A model generated the notes under the pieces. It did not search any database. It was not told where the DNA came from and saw only the letters and a list, made by a program, of their open reading frames with translations. This document shows positions 63,331-64,000 of a stretch of DNA of 64,000 bases, one piece after another. Source of the stretch: Utricularia gibba (taxonomy: Eukaryota > Plantae > Magnoliophyta); contig NEEC01000008.1 in NCBI GenBank assembly GCA_002189035.1, positions 868,001 to 932,000 of the forward strand. Reading direction: 5' to 3'. How positions within the stretch are numbered: position 1 is the stretch's first letter; each line of letters starts with the position of its first letter. Made by a program: the position numbers and the translations under genes.

Positions 63331-64000
63331 TTATGATTTCGTTGATTCTTCTCCACTTTGGTGGAATTTATAGCAACTTGCGTGTTTAGACAAGGGGAAT
63401 ACCGGAACCTGCAAAAACCTAGGATAGGGAATGATATTGAACCAATCAGGCGTAGAATTTCCTCAAATGTAACGCATTCCACGATCTTGGGAATTCCACA
63501 CCATCTAGCTGCTCTAGCCGATACGCTCCCTTACCGATTACCCTTGAAATCTGATAAGGGCCTTCCCATTTGCGGTCTAATTTTCCCACGTGTCTCTGTG
63601 GTTGGATGCTTCGGAGTACCAAGTCTCCTTGCGAGAACTCCCTTGGGAAGACAGACTTATTATAATTCTTTTCAGTTCTTCTCTGGTAAGCCCCTAGTCG
63701 GCTATAAATACTTTGCCGTTTTTCTTCCAATAGCTTCAACTCCAGCTTTCGCAAATCAACATTGTCTTCTTCGTTGTAGTGTTCCAACTTTTAGCTCTTC
63801 AGCACCAATTCAATCGGGCATATCGCTTCTGATCCATAAACTAATAGAAAGGGGGATTCTTCTGTAGATGTTCGAGGGGTGGTACAATATGACCACAACA
63901 CCTCATCTAACCAATCTGCCCATGATCCTCCGAAATCCTCAAGTTTGGTTTTCATTCCTTGCTTGAGCGTTCAATTTGTTACCTCCGTGAGACTGTTGCT

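Larger units (their letters stand above)
59357..64000 (-). mobile_element. 3' portion of a Ty3/gypsy Tat/Retand-type LTR retrotransposon (continues beyond window)
   Basis: Integrase C-terminus LVYGSEAICPIELVLKS...KWEGPY...PRSWN...LRKFYA* ending at 63446; ~3.4 kb pol-to-LTR spacer with tandem repeats and an antisense ORF; PPT-like GAGGGGAGC near 60003-60011; LTR ~59357-60001. Confidence 0.88.

Noticed and set aside
1-64000. Metabolic gene cluster or CRISPR-like/prokaryotic system
   Set aside because: Neighbouring genes are functionally unrelated and typical of plant euchromatin. There are no repeat-spacer arrays or bacterial operon features, and the GH1 gene has no adjacent pathway enzymes.

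Overview
Gene-dense, compact plant (eudicot) nuclear DNA. It carries about 16 protein-coding genes with mostly very short introns (~65-140 nt), separated by AT-rich spacers. In order: CDK-like kinase (5'-truncated), At5g61340-like membrane protein, ACHT-type thioredoxin, PPR-SMR protein (EMB2217-like), mitochondrial-type uL23, intronless CHLP, EB1, PRE/ILI-type HLH, a diverged unknown gene, FUS3-like B3 factor, GH1 beta-glucosidase, dynein light chain-like, RS-rich protein, type-A ARR, MRS2, DEL/E2Fe and CBP60a-like. Non-coding genes are one tRNA-Leu(CAG) and two C/D snoRNAs hidden under a spurious ORF. Mobile DNA comprises a degenerate Ty1/copia element with both LTRs, an F-box/LRR pseudogene truncated next to it, a MuDR remnant, a probable solo LTR, MITEs and the 3' part of a Tat/Retand-type Ty3/gypsy element with an antisense ORF. 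Four otherwise intact genes each need exactly one extra G/C to restore frame, which looks like a long-read consensus artefact. Compactness, intron loss and the iridoid-type glucosidase are suggestive of a small-genome asterid such as Lentibulariaceae, but this is inference only. I found no convincing wholly new biological system. The most notable observations are listed as findings.
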